NCBI GenBank assembly: GCA_051294905.1
Contig: CM119371.1
Location: 37,574,001-37,638,000 of the forward strand
Direction of reading: 5' to 3'
DNA from: Botryllus schlosseri
Taxonomy: Eukaryota
DNA: 64,000 bases
A model generated the notes under the pieces. That model did not search any database and was not told where the DNA came from. It saw only the letters and a list, made by a program, of their open reading frames with translations. Position 1 is the first letter of the stretch; each line of letters begins with the position of its first letter. Shown here in pieces: positions 63,745 through 64,000 of this stretch. Made by a program: the position numbers and the translations under genes.

Positions 63745-64000
63745 GGGGAGATGTGGTACCGATGGATCACTGGGATCGAAAATACTTTGAAAATTCTCTA
63801 TGATAATTCCATGATTACACTCCGTGAGCTTGTCTACAATTGCATGCTGGCAAAATCTTTCCTCACATACAAAAAAATTCGACGTGCGCGAGCAATGGGG
63901 TCTCTCTCAGATGATTTTTGTTTTAGGGGGTGTAAACTAAATTTAGATCGACACATACATTTTTCTTTGTAACCTTCAAAACGAACAAACCAGCAATCAT
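63745..64000. mobile_element. Second copy of the TA-flanked MITE (runs off window)
   Basis: High identity to 55674-55930. Confidence 0.85.

Overview
This is repeat-dense, AT-rich animal genomic DNA with GT-AG introns, some only 55-62 bp. An invertebrate such as an ascidian is a guess, not established. Hand-splicing gives two host loci. (1) A minus-strand cluster of four paralogous secreted-protein genes (8.9-42.3 kb) shares one exon plan: signal peptide, micro-exon, variable Pro/Gln/His-rich exon ending in a conserved hydrophobic motif, Thr-rich stalk, and a two-exon non-canonical C-type lectin domain (CTLD). One copy is intact, one is a truncated pseudogene, one is interrupted by a CACT-type DNA transposon, and one encodes a CTLD-less peptide. 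(2) A 9-exon, 480-aa, highly divergent SLC36/AAAP amino-acid transporter lies on the plus strand (51.4-61.5 kb). The rest is mostly mobile DNA: the 3' end of a Ty3/Gypsy element with a 135-bp LTR, Penelope-like fragments carrying minimal hammerhead ribozymes, a decayed R2-like retrotransposon, three tRNA-headed SINE families sharing a central core, and many nested hAT and TA-flanked MITEs. One hAT MITE has an interior made of rearranged 28S rRNA sequence. All family assignments come from motif recognition by eye; no database search was run.
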